Positions 8,527 through 19,453 of a stretch of 64,000 nt of DNA are shown here, one piece after another; positions within the stretch are counted from its first letter, which is position 1; every line of letters begins with the position of its first letter. The stretch lies in the NCBI GenBank assembly GCA_964602915.1, contig CAZRTB010000003.1, forward strand, positions 146,809 through 210,808. The letters are read 5' to 3'. Position numbers and translations under genes: made by a program. This stretch comes from an uncultured Gammaproteobacteria bacterium (lineage in GTDB: Bacteria; Cyanobacteriota; Vampirovibrionia; 2-02-FULL-35-15). The notes beneath the pieces were generated by a model, which saw only the letters and a program-made list of their open reading frames with translations, ran no database searches and was not told the DNA's origin.

Positions 8527-10107
8527 TTGGAGAAAGAAATGAAAAAATTAGCATTAATTAGTGTTTATAAAAAAGATGGAATTGTTGAATTTGCAAGTAA
8601 GTTAAATAAAGATTTTGGATATGAAATCTTATCTACAGGTGGCACAGCAGAACTATTTAGAAAAAATGATATTCCTGTTACTGAAGTAAGTGAAATTACA
8701 AAATTTCCAGAAATGTTAGACGGAAGAGTAAAAACTTTACACCCAGTAGTTCATGGTGGTCTTTTAGCCAGAAGAGATAAAGAAGACCACATGCAAACTC
8801 TAGAAAAAAATAATATTAAACCTATAGATCTTGTTATTATAAATCTTTACCCTTTCGAAGAAGTCATATCAAAACCAAATGTTTCTCTTGAAGAAGCTAT
8901 TGAAAATATTGATATTGGCGGACCATCCATGATTAGAAGTGCTTCTAAAAACTACTCTGCTGTTACTGTGGTTTGCGATCCATCAGACTATGAAACAGTT
9001 TTAACTGAGTTAAAAGAAAACAATGGAAAGACTACACTGAAACTAAGAGAAAAGCTTGCATGTAAAGCATTTCAAAAAACCAGTTCATATGACAGTAGAA
9101 TTAATTCTTATTTATCAAAAGTCTCCTCTTCTCCATCTACTAATGGAAAATCAAGCAAATTCCCCGAGAAGTTAGAATTAAAATTAACACTTAAACAAAA
9201 ACTTCGCTACGGTGAGAATCCTCATCAAATGGCAAGTTTATATTTAGAAGAAGGCTCTAAAAATGGACTTGCTAATGCAGAAGTTTTACAGGGTAAAGAG
9301 TTATCATTCAATAATTATTTAGATCTTGAATCAGCATGGAATATAGCTTCAGAGTTTGGAATAGAAACCCCTGCCTCAGTAATTATCAAACATAATAATC
9401 CATGTGGAACAGCTATAGCACCAGATCTACTTCATGCATATATAGAAGCTTTTAACTGTGATTCAGTAAGTGCCTTTGGTGGAGTTGTGGGATTTAATGG
9501 AAAAGTTGAAGCTGAACTAGCAGATGAACTAACTAAGATTTTTTTAGAAGCTATTATTGCTCCTGACTACTCGAAAGAAGCTATTGAAATCTTTAAGAAA
9601 AAACAAAATCTTAGAGTGTTAAAAATTACACCTGAAGAAAATCTCTTAAAAAGATACGACATTAAAAGCATTGGTGAAGGGATTTTAATCCAGGACTTTA
9701 ATGCTTTTACATTAGACTTAAATAATTTAAAAGTTGTAACAAAAAGAAAACCTACTGATCAGGAAATGATCGATCTTATTTTTGCATGGAAAATATGCAA
9801 GCATGTAAAATCAAATGCTATTGTTGTAGCTAAAGAAGGAAAAACACTTGGAGTAGGTGCAGGTCAGATGAATAGAGTAGGCTCAGTAGAAATTGCTTTG
9901 AATCAAGCTAACTTCAATTCAAAAGATGCTGTTTTAGCTTCTGATGCTTTTTTCCCATTTAAGGATAATATTGAAGTCGCTGGTTCTGCAAAAATTTCAG
10001 CCATTATTCAACCTGGTGGCAGTATTAAAGATCAGGAAGTAATTGAAGCCTGCGATAAAAATAATATTGCTATGATATTTACAGGGATGAGGCATTTCAG
10101 ACATTAG
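8527..10107 (+). CDS. purH: Bifunctional AICAR transformylase/IMP cyclohydrolase
   Basis: [40 protein letters not shown]; ATG at 8539 is an alternative start. Confidence 0.98.
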   Translation: MEKEMKKLALISVYKKDGIVEFASKLNKDFGYEILSTGGTAELFRKNDIPVTEVSEITKFPEMLDGRVKTLHPVVHGGLLARRDKEDHMQTLEKNNIKPIDLVIINLYPFEEVISKPNVSLEEAIENIDIGGPSMIRSASKNYSAVTVVCDPSDYETVLTELKENNGKTTLKLREKLACKAFQKTSSYDSRINSYLSKVSSSPSTNGKSSKFPEKLELKLTLKQKLRYGENPHQMASLYLEEGSKNGLANAEVLQGKELSFNNYLDLESAWNIASEFGIETPASVIIKHNNPCGTAIAPDLLHAYIEAFNCDSVSAFGGVVGFNGKVEAELADELTKIFLEAIIAPDYSKEAIEIFKKKQNLRVLKITPEENLLKRYDIKSIGEGILIQDFNAFTLDLNNLKVVTKRKPTDQEMIDLIFAWKICKHVKSNAIVVAKEGKTLGVGAGQMNRVGSVEIALNQANFNSKDAVLASDAFFPFKDNIEVAGSAKISAIIQPGGSIKDQEVIEACDKNNIAMIFTGMRHFRH

Positions 10108-10111
10108 GAAT

Positions 10112-10978
10112 ATGGCACTAACATTTCAAGAAATTTATTTAACATTAAATCAGTTCTGGTCTGAACAAGGTTGTGTAATTATGCAACCTTATGATATTGA
10201 AAAAGGGGCCAGTACAATGAATCCCGCTACTTTTTTATATGTCCTAGGAGAAAAGCCATGGAACATGGCATGTATAGAACCCTGCAGAAGACCTACAGAT
10301 GGAAGATATGGTGATAATCCAAACAGGCTTCAAAACTATTTTCAGTACCAGGTCATCATGAAACCTTCACCAGATGATATTCAGGATAGATATCTGGCTA
10401 GTCTTGAAAAAATTGGTGTTAAAACAAAAGAACATGATATTAGATTTGTAGAAGATGACTGGGAATCCCCTACACTCGGTGCATGGGGAGTAGGATGGGA
10501 AGTCTGGTTAAATGGAATGGAAATTACTCAGTTCACATATTTCCAGCAAGCAGGAGGGATTGATTTAAAACCTACTGCAGTAGAAATTACATATGGGTTA
10601 GAGAGATTAGCTATGTACATTCAGGACGTAGACAATGTTTTTGATCTTAATTGGACAAACGATGTAAAATACAAAGATATTTATCACAGGAATGAAGTAG
10701 AGCAAAGCAAATATAATTTTGAAATAGCAAACATCAATGATTTATTAAAAAGATTTGATATGTACTACAATGAAGCAAAATCATGCCTTGAGAATAAAAT
10801 AGTTTTACCTGCTTATGACTATATCTTAAAATGCTCTCATTGTTTTAATCTGTTAGATGCCAGAGGAGCAGTTAGCAGAGATGAAAGAATGGCATATATT
10901 CTAAGAATTCGAAAATTAGCAGAACATACAGCTAGGTTATACCTGGGTATTGAAGAAAAAGTTAGTACTAAAAAATAG
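10112..10978 (+). CDS. glyQ: Glycine-tRNA ligase alpha subunit
   Basis: [39 protein letters not shown]. Confidence 0.98.
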   Translation: MALTFQEIYLTLNQFWSEQGCVIMQPYDIEKGASTMNPATFLYVLGEKPWNMACIEPCRRPTDGRYGDNPNRLQNYFQYQVIMKPSPDDIQDRYLASLEKIGVKTKEHDIRFVEDDWESPTLGAWGVGWEVWLNGMEITQFTYFQQAGGIDLKPTAVEITYGLERLAMYIQDVDNVFDLNWTNDVKYKDIYHRNEVEQSKYNFEIANINDLLKRFDMYYNEAKSCLENKIVLPAYDYILKCSHCFNLLDARGAVSRDERMAYILRIRKLAEHTARLYLGIEEKVSTKK

Positions 10979-10989
10979 TTTTTATACTT

Positions 10990-11292
10990 TTACGCTACTG
11001 CAAGAAGTCTAAGAGTGTAGACCTGACCATCAACCATCACTTCTCTAAATTCATCTTTTTTCTTTTGACTTGGGTCTGATATTAAATCAAGGAATTGTTC
11101 ATTTCTTTTTTCTGATTTTACAAGATTTCTTCTATTAGTTCTTGAAAGTCCTGTTTTCTTTTCTTCTACTTGTTGGTCAGCTTTTGTAAATTGGTTAAAC
11201 GCTTCTTCGCCATTTCCGCTCTGTGGTGGCTGAAGAGAGTTCTGGCCCCCAGTTCCAAAGTTTCTATTAATTGATAAATCTAATATAAACAT
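10990..11292 (-). CDS. Hypothetical small protein
   Basis: 100-aa hydrophilic ORF with an upstream GCCGATAA box; contains EKRNEQFLDL. Confidence 0.7.
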   Translation of the reverse strand: MFILDLSINRNFGTGGQNSLQPPQSGNGEEAFNQFTKADQQVEEKKTGLSRTNRRNLVKSEKRNEQFLDLISDPSQKKKDEFREVMVDGQVYTLRLLAVA

Positions 11293-11312
11293 TTTCTACC
11301 TATCTACTTTAT

Positions 11313-11320
11313 TTATCGGC
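11313..11320 (-). promoter_or_regulatory. Sigma28 (FliA/SigD)-type -10 box GCCGATAA
   Basis: Perfect 8-mer 20 nt upstream of the ATG at 11292; -35 match is poor. Confidence 0.5.
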
Positions 11321-11390
11321 GACCTAAGACATAGCAATATAATGCCCACATAGGGTTAACTCCAGGTAAAGAAGGAATTTATTTATAACA

Positions 11391-12203
11391 ATGAGTTTTA
11401 ACATTAAGGAAAGATTAAAACTGATACAATGTTTCATGATGATAAGCAGATTAAAATCTAAGATTGCCAGGCTCTATAGCAGTTTAGTCTATTTTACTCT
11501 TTGTTCTATTTCATATATTGTTTTTAGATTTCTTTGTATTTTAAAAGTAGAAGGCAGAGAAAATATTCCTAGAAGAGGACGATTTATTTTAGCTTCTAAT
11601 CATCAGAATTTTTTTGATGGGAATTTAATAGCAAGCATCATTTTTCCACAAAGAAGAATGACATTTTTAGTTTCAAAAAGACCTTTAAAGTGGTGGCTCT
11701 GGAAGTATCTTGCAAAGACTATAGGTTTGATTTTAATCGGAAGCAGTATTGAAGAATATCAAAGAGCTTTAAAAAGGCTAAATAACCATTTAACTCATGG
11801 TGGCGTCGTTGGGATTTTTCCCGAAGGAACAGTTACTGGCTTCAGTACACCAATAAAATTTAAAGGTGGCGTAGCAAAATTATCTTTAGATTCAAGAAGT
11901 AACGTAATACCCATTTATTTAAGTGGCACTTTTAATCTTAGAAAATTAAGCTACTTCTTATCACGCCCTACTATCAGCGTAAAGATAGGAAAACCTCTAG
12001 ATTTATATAATTATGCACCTATTTGTGGGAATAATTTAGACAAAATGGCGGCTATTTTAAGAGAAAAAATTTTGGAACTAGCAGAACCAAGACAAATTGA
12101 AGTTACTGAAGATTCTAAATCATTAGTTGATATTTCAAAGAGACAAATAGAATCTGATTTGGTTTCAAAAAATAATTCTCCTCTAGAAACCGCAATAAAA
12201 TGA
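11391..12203 (+). CDS. PlsC-like 1-acyl-glycerol-3-phosphate acyltransferase
   Basis: NHQNFFD (HX4D) and IFPEGT. Confidence 0.9.
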   Translation: MSFNIKERLKLIQCFMMISRLKSKIARLYSSLVYFTLCSISYIVFRFLCILKVEGRENIPRRGRFILASNHQNFFDGNLIASIIFPQRRMTFLVSKRPLKWWLWKYLAKTIGLILIGSSIEEYQRALKRLNNHLTHGGVVGIFPEGTVTGFSTPIKFKGGVAKLSLDSRSNVIPIYLSGTFNLRKLSYFLSRPTISVKIGKPLDLYNYAPICGNNLDKMAAILREKILELAEPRQIEVTEDSKSLVDISKRQIESDLVSKNNSPLETAIK

Positions 12204-12207
12204 AAAA

Positions 12208-12936
12208 ATGATTCTATCTTATTTTGACAATAATAAAAACGGTTATCCAGTTGTATTTATCCACGGTACAGCAAGTGCAAATGATGTTTGGGAAAAACAA
12301 TATAAAGTATTAAGTGATTTAAACTATAGACTAATAGGAATTGATTTGAGAGGTCATGGTAAGTCAAAAAATCCTGGTGGTGTTTGTACTGTTGATAGCC
12401 ATATCCTAGATTTAAAAGAAACCTTTGATTACATTGGACTAGATAAACCTCTAATTTTTATAGGGCATTCCTTTGGTGCAGTTCTTTCTTTTAAGTATGC
12501 AGAAACATTCCCAGAAGAAGTTTCAAAACTTTTATTGGTTTCCCTTCCGCCAAAAATCCCAATGATTTTACATCTGTACTATAAATGGTTACTTGGCAAA
12601 CCAATAGATATTTTTAAAAAGCAAATGGACATAATTTTAAAGCTTCCAGTAAAGAAAAGATATAAGTTAGCTGTATCAACTGACATGGGCATTGTCAGAC
12701 AAATATGGAGAGATTCTGTAAGCTGGGATTTCCTATCAAAGACACCAAACATTTCATGTCCTGTGCATTTCTCTGTTGGTAAGTATGATTATATTGCTCT
12801 AAAAGGTTCTATAGAAAGATTACATAAAAAAATCCCTAACTCTAGTTATAAAGTTTTTGACTTTGCTAGCCACACCTGTATGGAAGACCAACCAAAAGCT
12901 TTTAATGAATGGGTTTTAACAAGCCTACATAAATAG
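12208..12936 (+). CDS. Alpha/beta hydrolase
   Basis: FIHG, DLRGHGKS, GHSFG, C-terminal catalytic His (ASH). Confidence 0.9.
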   Translation: MILSYFDNNKNGYPVVFIHGTASANDVWEKQYKVLSDLNYRLIGIDLRGHGKSKNPGGVCTVDSHILDLKETFDYIGLDKPLIFIGHSFGAVLSFKYAETFPEEVSKLLLVSLPPKIPMILHLYYKWLLGKPIDIFKKQMDIILKLPVKKRYKLAVSTDMGIVRQIWRDSVSWDFLSKTPNISCPVHFSVGKYDYIALKGSIERLHKKIPNSSYKVFDFASHTCMEDQPKAFNEWVLTSLHK

Positions 12937-12943
12937 ATCCGAA

Positions 12944-14086
12944 CTATCTAAGAAAAATCTCTTTAGCAATAATAAGTCTTTGGATTTGTGATGTGCCTTC
13001 ATAGATTTGGAATATTTTTGCATCACGCATAAGTTTGGCTACTGGATATTCATTAGAATAACCATAACCGCCATGTATTTGAACAGCATCAGTAGTTACC
13101 TTCATAGCAGTATCTGCAGCAAATCTTTTTGCAAAAGCGGCAAGTTTAGTGTTTCTAAGACCATTATCCATAGCCCATGCTGACTGCCATGATAGTAATC
13201 TAGCCGCTTCAATTTCACAAGCCATATCTGAAATCATAAAGTTAATCCCTTGATGCATTGCAATTGGCACACCAAAAGAAGTTCTAGTTTTTGAATACTC
13301 TATAGCATATTCCATTCCTGCTCTTGCTACACCTACTGCACCAGCGGCAATTCCAGGTCTAGTATGATCAAAAGCTTTCATAGCAATTTTAAAACCTTCA
13401 CCTTCCTGACCAAGAAGGTTTGCTTTAGGGACTTTCACTTCTTCAAAAATTACCGAATGGGTAGCAGAAGCTCTTTGACCCATCATGTCTTCTTTCTTAC
13501 CAACTTTTACACCAGGTGAGTCTGCATCTACAATAAATGCACTCATCCCTTTATGTGCTTTTGACATGTCTGTTTTTGCAAGTACATAAAACCACTTTGC
13601 TTGACTTGCACCAGTAATCCATTGCTTAGCACCATTAATAATGTATTCATCTCCCACAAGCTTTGCTGTAGTTTGAACTCCTGCAACATCAGAACCAGCC
13701 TGTGGTTCTGTAACTGCATATGAAGCAAATGTTAATTCTTTTGTAATCATGCCTAAATATTTTTTCTTTTGCTCATCATTTCCAGCAACAATTACAGGCG
13801 CAGTAGCTAAGTGATTTGCACCAAGAGCAGTACTAATTCCTGAACATCCATAAGCAAGCTCTTCTGCAATAATTACCTCGTCTAAAACACTTAATTCAGA
13901 ACCATTACAACTGGCTGGAATATTTAAATTCATAAGACCAATTTCAAAGGCTTTTTTAGCAATTCCTAGTGGAAATTTCCCTTCTCTATCATGCTCTTCA
14001 GCATGTGGCCTAATTTCTTTTACTGCAAACTCCCTTGCTAATCTTTGAAGTTCTTTCTGCTCATCTGTAAGACTAAAGCTAATCAT
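12944..14086 (-). CDS. Acyl-CoA dehydrogenase
   Basis: [34 protein letters not shown]. Confidence 0.96.
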   Translation of the reverse strand: MISFSLTDEQKELQRLAREFAVKEIRPHAEEHDREGKFPLGIAKKAFEIGLMNLNIPASCNGSELSVLDEVIIAEELAYGCSGISTALGANHLATAPVIVAGNDEQKKKYLGMITKELTFASYAVTEPQAGSDVAGVQTTAKLVGDEYIINGAKQWITGASQAKWFYVLAKTDMSKAHKGMSAFIVDADSPGVKVGKKEDMMGQRASATHSVIFEEVKVPKANLLGQEGEGFKIAMKAFDHTRPGIAAGAVGVARAGMEYAIEYSKTRTSFGVPIAMHQGINFMISDMACEIEAARLLSWQSAWAMDNGLRNTKLAAFAKRFAADTAMKVTTDAVQIHGGYGYSNEYPVAKLMRDAKIFQIYEGTSQIQRLIIAKEIFLR

Positions 14087-14235
14087 GTTTTAATAAATCC
14101 TTTATACATTTTTAATAAAGCCACTCATGTATTATATTTTCAGATAGGCAATTGAGCAATAATAATAAAATAAGGCTTAAAATGTCTCTATATAGGTATT
14201 TTGTGGTATTATATTAGTGATAGGCCCAAAATATA

Positions 14236-14808
14236 ATGTCAAAACAAGAAATAGTAAAATACGGCGACCCAGTTTTAAGAAAAGTAACTAGCAGAGTAAT
14301 AAAGTTTGATAAATCCCTCAGAAAGCTAGTAGAGGACATGTTTGAAACCATGTACGCTTCTGAAGGCATTGGTCTTGCTGCACCTCAGATAGGTGTCAGT
14401 AAAAGAGTATTGGTTGTTGATGTTGATTATGCATCTAAAAGATATGTAGATGAAAAAACAAATAAAGAAGAACCTTCTTATAGCCCTATGGTATTAATAA
14501 ACCCAGTAATTATTCAAAAAGAGGGTGAGTTAATATCAAAAGAGGGTTGTTTAAGCTTCCCTGGAGTTTATTTTGAAGTAATCAGACATAAAAAAATAGT
14601 AGTTAGATATCAAGACCTTTTAGGTAAAGAAAGAAGATTAATTGCAGAAGAAGATTTGCTTTGTAGATGCATTCAGCATGAAATAGATCACCTTGATGGA
14701 AAACTTTTTGTTGATAAGCCTGCAAATGGTGAAGAAGTAAAAAAAATATTGTCTGAAAATGGTCTTGGTGATGTCGAAGATCCACAATCACCGATTTTAA
14801 TTGCATAA
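14236..14808 (+). CDS. def: Peptide deformylase
   Basis: GIGLAAPQ, EGCLS, QHEIDHLDG. Confidence 0.97.
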   Translation: MSKQEIVKYGDPVLRKVTSRVIKFDKSLRKLVEDMFETMYASEGIGLAAPQIGVSKRVLVVDVDYASKRYVDEKTNKEEPSYSPMVLINPVIIQKEGELISKEGCLSFPGVYFEVIRHKKIVVRYQDLLGKERRLIAEEDLLCRCIQHEIDHLDGKLFVDKPANGEEVKKILSENGLGDVEDPQSPILIA

Positions 14809-15013
14809 TTTTTTGTTCCAATTGTTAATTAATGTTTTTTACATTTATACACAAAGTATATGTTTATTTTTTTTACTTGAGATTTAGAAAAAATTCCTAG
14901 GATGTTTATCTAATGTAAAAGTTTTATAAGAGAAAAATGAAAATATAATTAATTTCTTTAATTTATCAAGTTTTTCATCGTACGATTTATAACAAGCAAG
15001 AGAAGAGAAAATC

Positions 15014-15223
15014 ATGGCAGTTCAAATACCAATTAAGACAAAAGAAACAAAATCAGTTGATGTTGTAGAGATTACTACTGCTGTACCAAAAGATCAAGCA
15101 AACACAATTAAACAAATGATTATGAGATATATCCTTGACCATAACAAAGAAGAAGTTGCTTTCAAACTTTTAGGAATGACACATACAAAACTTAGAGATG
15201 ATGTCAAACTCTGGGTTAAATAA
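15014..15223 (+). CDS. Hypothetical small protein
   Basis: 69-aa ORF with purine-rich ribosome-binding region, alone in the gap. Confidence 0.65.
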   Translation: MAVQIPIKTKETKSVDVVEITTAVPKDQANTIKQMIMRYILDHNKEEVAFKLLGMTHTKLRDDVKLWVK

Positions 15224-15315
15224 TTTTAAAAGAGAAGTTTTTTATTTTCCTGTGTTACATAATTAACTTATAAAAAACTTAAATCACTTGTGTATAATAT
15301 TTGAAGCCAAAATGA

Positions 15316-15387
15316 GGATCGGTAGCTCAACGGTGGAGCAGAGGACTCATAATCCTTTGGTTATAGGTTCGAATCCTATCCGATCCA
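15316..15387 (+). tRNA. tRNA with CAT anticodon (Ile2 or elongator Met, not initiator)
   Basis: GGATCGG/CCGATCC acceptor with paired 1:72; arm GAGGA-CTCATAA-TCCTT lacks the initiator three G-C pairs. Confidence 0.93.
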
Positions 15388-15390
15388 ATT

Positions 15391-17316
15391 TTATGCCGTT
15401 TTAGCAACTTCCTTATCAAAATCTTTCACTCTTTCACTACTGTTTGGTATAGGTAAAACAAACTCAAATATACTACCTTCACCGAATTTGCTTCTTACAC
15501 TAACTCTACCATCATGTTGTTCAACAGATTTTTTAACAATAGTAAGACCAAGACCAGTACCTTTTACTGTATGCACTTTATTTTCAACTCTATAAAATCT
15601 TTCAAAAACATATGGAAGACTTTCTTCTGGTATTCCAATACCATTATCTATAATTTGGAATATTACTTCGTCTTTGGTTTGCTTAACTACAAGTTTTACC
15701 ATTCCATTTCCAGGCGTGTATTTAATAGCATTTGAAATTAAATTAACCAGTATTCTTTCAAGATTTTCCTGATTTAGATTTAATAATGGAAGATTTTCGT
15801 CTACATCTGCAATTAGTTTTATTGATTTTTTACTAGCTAAAACAATAGTAGACTTTAAAGCGTACTCTATAGATGGATAGACATCCTGGATAGACAACGG
15901 CAACTTCAATGATGGAGATTCTAATCTGGAAAGCTCTAAAACATCATTCACCAGACTACTTAATCTATCTGTTTCTTCATTCACAATAGATAAAAACTCT
16001 TTTCTTGTTCTATCATCTATCTGCTGTTCATGAGAACAGAGCGTATCGACATAACACTTAATGCTAGTTATTGGAGTTCTTAATTCATGACTAACATTAC
16101 TAATAAATTCCTGCTTCATAAGCTCAATTTCTGCTTCTTTTGTTCTGTCATGAATAATAATCAATGCACCTAACTTATCTTCATTTTGATTTATCGGAGT
16201 AATAAAAAATCTTAGATTTCTTCCATTTTTTACTGTTTCAAAAGATTTTTGCTCTAGAGTAATATCATTTAGCTTAATCTCATTTAAATATCCAACAACC
16301 TGATCATTTACAGTAGAGTTTAAAATGCTTTTAATACTTGTACTTATCAACTCATCAGAAGACATATCCAAAAGCTTACATGCCGCTATATTTATTATTT
16401 GGATAACTCCATCTTTATCAATAACTATCACTCCATCAGTTATAGACATAACAACAGATTCAAATTTATTTCTTTCAGAACTTAAAGATGCAATATTTGA
16501 CTCTTCATACTGGGCTAATCTCTTTGACATCCTATTAAATGCTTTCACAAGCTGAGAAAGCTCTTTTCCTAGAAATCCTCTAAGAGGTAACTGAAATCCA
16601 AATCTACCTTCTGTAATAGCTTTAGCACTTTTCTCAAGCTTTCTTAAAGGTCTGGTAATAATTAAAGAATTTACAATAGCTCCAATAACTGAAAGAACCC
16701 ATACCAAAGCAAAAATCTCAAGTAAAAATATTATTAATTCCTTTTTTGAACCCACTATAGTAAATCCAGTATCTGGTAATCCTATCCATGCCCATCCGAA
16801 TAAATTAGAGTTGTATTGAATTGGTTCAGCAAAAGTTAATATTTTTCCACTTTTTGAAAATAGAATTTTTATATATGGCACATGTTTTGGAGGAAGAAGT
16901 ACATTTTTTCCTTTAGTAATTTCATATATATGCGAGAATTCACTTTTAGCAAGCACCCTCCCAGCATTATCTGTAAAAATAACGAATGAGACATCAGGAT
17001 TCTTTTTCATAAAATCCCTAATTAATTCTTCTAGTTTTCTTGTTCTGGATTCACTACTTGAGAACCCCTGTACCAAAACCTGCCCTCCCAGATAAGAAAT
17101 CGTCTGAGATGTTTTTAAATTATGATTTAGTCTTAAAACCTGATTATCAATATTGGATTGAATATTTTGAATTATTATAAATGCACATATTGTAATAAAA
17201 ATTGAGATTCCAAAAACAATAGAAACAATAAGTTTTACTTGAAAACTTAAACTGTTAAATGTTTCTCTTAAATAAGAATATAATTTCCTAATATGAGCAC
17301 TGTTATTGGTTTCCAT
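15391..17316 (-). CDS. nblS: Membrane sensor histidine kinase, HAMP-PAS-HisKA-HATPase, Hik33/NblS-like
   Basis: 2 TM segments, FISNVSHELRTP, ETDRL..LVNDVL.LSRLES, FYRVENKVHTVKGTGLGL. Kinase call is firm; orthology to NblS is from recall. Confidence 0.75.
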   Translation of the reverse strand: METNNSAHIRKLYSYLRETFNSLSFQVKLIVSIVFGISIFITICAFIIIQNIQSNIDNQVLRLNHNLKTSQTISYLGGQVLVQGFSSSESRTRKLEELIRDFMKKNPDVSFVIFTDNAGRVLAKSEFSHIYEITKGKNVLLPPKHVPYIKILFSKSGKILTFAEPIQYNSNLFGWAWIGLPDTGFTIVGSKKELIIFLLEIFALVWVLSVIGAIVNSLIITRPLRKLEKSAKAITEGRFGFQLPLRGFLGKELSQLVKAFNRMSKRLAQYEESNIASLSSERNKFESVVMSITDGVIVIDKDGVIQIINIAACKLLDMSSDELISTSIKSILNSTVNDQVVGYLNEIKLNDITLEQKSFETVKNGRNLRFFITPINQNEDKLGALIIIHDRTKEAEIELMKQEFISNVSHELRTPITSIKCYVDTLCSHEQQIDDRTRKEFLSIVNEETDRLSSLVNDVLELSRLESPSLKLPLSIQDVYPSIEYALKSTIVLASKKSIKLIADVDENLPLLNLNQENLERILVNLISNAIKYTPGNGMVKLVVKQTKDEVIFQIIDNGIGIPEESLPYVFERFYRVENKVHTVKGTGLGLTIVKKSVEQHDGRVSVRSKFGEGSIFEFVLPIPNSSERVKDFDKEVAKTA

Positions 17317-17331
17317 GCCTAAAATTATACT

Positions 17332-18315
17332 TTAAATTTTTTCTGATTTCTTAAAGAAAGTGGTTTTAGGTCTTTTATTGTCTTTCGTGTTGCTAATTAG
17401 TTTTTTGGTTTCAATATTTAATACAATTTCTTCTGAACTTAACTTTTTGTCTTCCTGAGCGACATTAGCATTTCCTTTAAAAATAAGCTTTTTTGGCTTA
17501 CCAGTATTTTTATCTCTTAACAATACACCTTCATTACTTTCGCCTTTTGTAGTTTCATAATCAAGCATAATCTGATTGTCTATTGACCCATTTGCAGTAA
17601 TAGTATTTGTTATTTGATCTACATAAAGCTCATCAGCATCTAAATACATTGGCTTTTGTTGATCTCTTGATTTATCTTTTTCAGGCCATATTACACTCTT
17701 TACATTTCCTACAGCTTTTAGATTTTGACTGCTAATTTCAAAAACAAACTGCTTTGCTGAAGTTATACTATTTGGATCTTCCAGGTTTGCTCTTCTTTCT
17801 TTTCCATTAAATATTGCCTGATAAGGTTTTTTATCTTTATAAATAATAACTGCTGAATCAGAGCTTATAACTGTATCCATGTAAGTAGTTCTTAAATTGC
17901 CATTAGCATTTGCATCCTGGCCACTCCAGTACAATTCCTGAAAATCAGAAGCTATAGTTATAGGGATACCTTTTTTATCTTTCAGTTCAGATATTACATT
18001 TCCATTTGCTCTCATAACTTCTTCGCTCAGAATTACATCTACGGTATCGGCTTCCAGCTTTCTATCTTTCAAACTAATTTTTACTCTTCCAGTAAAAGTA
18101 GCCTTATCAGGTTTCCCTTCTGAATTAGTTTCGACAATGCCATTAGGAGCTTCAATAGAGGCGTCTTTATATTTAATTAGGATATTTCCATTTATAGTTA
18201 TCTTTTCTTTATCAGCTTCAAGATTATCAGCATGCTTTATTTCAAACTGCTCAGCTTTAACAGGAATAAGTAGAGAATTTAGGAGGAGTAGAAGAAAAAA
18301 GATTTTTTTTATCAT
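17332..18315 (-). CDS. LptA/OstA-like periplasmic beta-jellyroll protein
   Basis: Signal peptide; repeated ADxL...A.GNV strands; follows the LptC-like gene. Confidence 0.75.
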   Translation of the reverse strand: MIKKIFFLLLLLNSLLIPVKAEQFEIKHADNLEADKEKITINGNILIKYKDASIEAPNGIVETNSEGKPDKATFTGRVKISLKDRKLEADTVDVILSEEVMRANGNVISELKDKKGIPITIASDFQELYWSGQDANANGNLRTTYMDTVISSDSAVIIYKDKKPYQAIFNGKERRANLEDPNSITSAKQFVFEISSQNLKAVGNVKSVIWPEKDKSRDQQKPMYLDADELYVDQITNTITANGSIDNQIMLDYETTKGESNEGVLLRDKNTGKPKKLIFKGNANVAQEDKKLSSEEIVLNIETKKLISNTKDNKRPKTTFFKKSEKI

Positions 18316-19356
18316 TTATGCTTTATTGTTTGAAACAGAAGTCTTCACATTACCGACGGCTTCAACTTTTCCAGTCTGTAAATTATAAACTATTTTATCT
18401 GCTGAAATCTGGTTTTGACCTTGAAAAGCTTTAGGTTTTCCACTAACCACTATTAAAGATTTATCTTCAAAACTTAAAGCCGCACCTGTGCACCTTGTAT
18501 TACCATGAACAATAATTACATTATTTTTTGCATATACTTTTCCATCAGATTTTAAAAGAAGATACCCAGCTTTAAAAATTTTATCGGCAGAAGTATAAAC
18601 TACATTACCTATAGCTTCAACTTCACCATCCTTAGACCATCTTATTTCTCCAGCAGTTAAGGTTTCTTTTTTATTTTTGTCTTTTTCATTTTTTAGGATT
18701 ACCTTACCACCATTTGAAATTATTGCGTTCTGTAAATCCCCACCTTTTTCTTTTTTTATATGAACTTCTGCTCCAGAAAGAGCAACATTTTTAAACAGTG
18801 CTTCTGTAAGGCTTTTTACAATTATTTCTGTTTGATCATCATTTATAAGAGCTGATTCACCTTTTACACTACCAGTATTTTTTAGGCTTAGCTGAAATCC
18901 CTTCTGTGCTTCAATAGAAGTCCCCATTCCAAGTGCAAGCTGAGTAGTTTTTAAGAAAAAATCTCCTGTTTTATTTTCAGCAGTTACACCCCCTAGAAGA
19001 TAAATTTCTTTAGTGCCATAACTTCCTTTTGCTAAAGGCGCTTGTAAATGAAAAACTACTTCATTATCTTTAAAGACTTCTGCTGTAATACCTTTAATAA
19101 AAGCTTTTTGTAGATTGTCTTCGGTAGTACCTTCTTTTGCTGTCAACTGCCATCTTAAAGCACCAGTCATAGCATCAATTTCTTTTAACTGATACCCAGC
19201 AGTTTGTGCTTCTCCAATCTGATTTCTTACATTAATTTCCTTCTCTGATTTTTTTACTAGACTACTCCCTTTAACATAAGAAAATGTAAAAAACATTACT
19301 AGCCCAGCAATAAAGTATGCTGGTATATATTTTGAAGCGAAGATTTTGCTTTTCAT
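18316..19356 (-). CDS. LptC-like protein with an added OstA-like region
   Basis: N-terminal TM anchor, G.LRWQLTA, C-terminal ISADKIVYNLQTGKVEAVGNV. Confidence 0.75.
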   Translation of the reverse strand: MKSKIFASKYIPAYFIAGLVMFFTFSYVKGSSLVKKSEKEINVRNQIGEAQTAGYQLKEIDAMTGALRWQLTAKEGTTEDNLQKAFIKGITAEVFKDNEVVFHLQAPLAKGSYGTKEIYLLGGVTAENKTGDFFLKTTQLALGMGTSIEAQKGFQLSLKNTGSVKGESALINDDQTEIIVKSLTEALFKNVALSGAEVHIKKEKGGDLQNAIISNGGKVILKNEKDKNKKETLTAGEIRWSKDGEVEAIGNVVYTSADKIFKAGYLLLKSDGKVYAKNNVIIVHGNTRCTGAALSFEDKSLIVVSGKPKAFQGQNQISADKIVYNLQTGKVEAVGNVKTSVSNNKA

Positions 19357-19405
19357 AATTGATAATTAGAAAATGAGACTTATTACAGTGTGAATTCTAA
19401 CAGAG

Positions 19406-19430
19406 AAGGAAGTCTGTAATACACTTCCTT
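19406..19430. terminator. Intergenic hairpin AAGGAAGT-N9-ACTTCCTT
   Basis: 8-bp perfect stem just downstream of the TPR gene; weak U-tract. Confidence 0.4.
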
Positions 19431-19453
19431 TATAAAGATTTCATTCTTTATCT

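Noticed and set aside
10112-10978. glyQ without adjacent glyS
   Set aside because: The split arrangement is normal in cyanobacteria and relatives.
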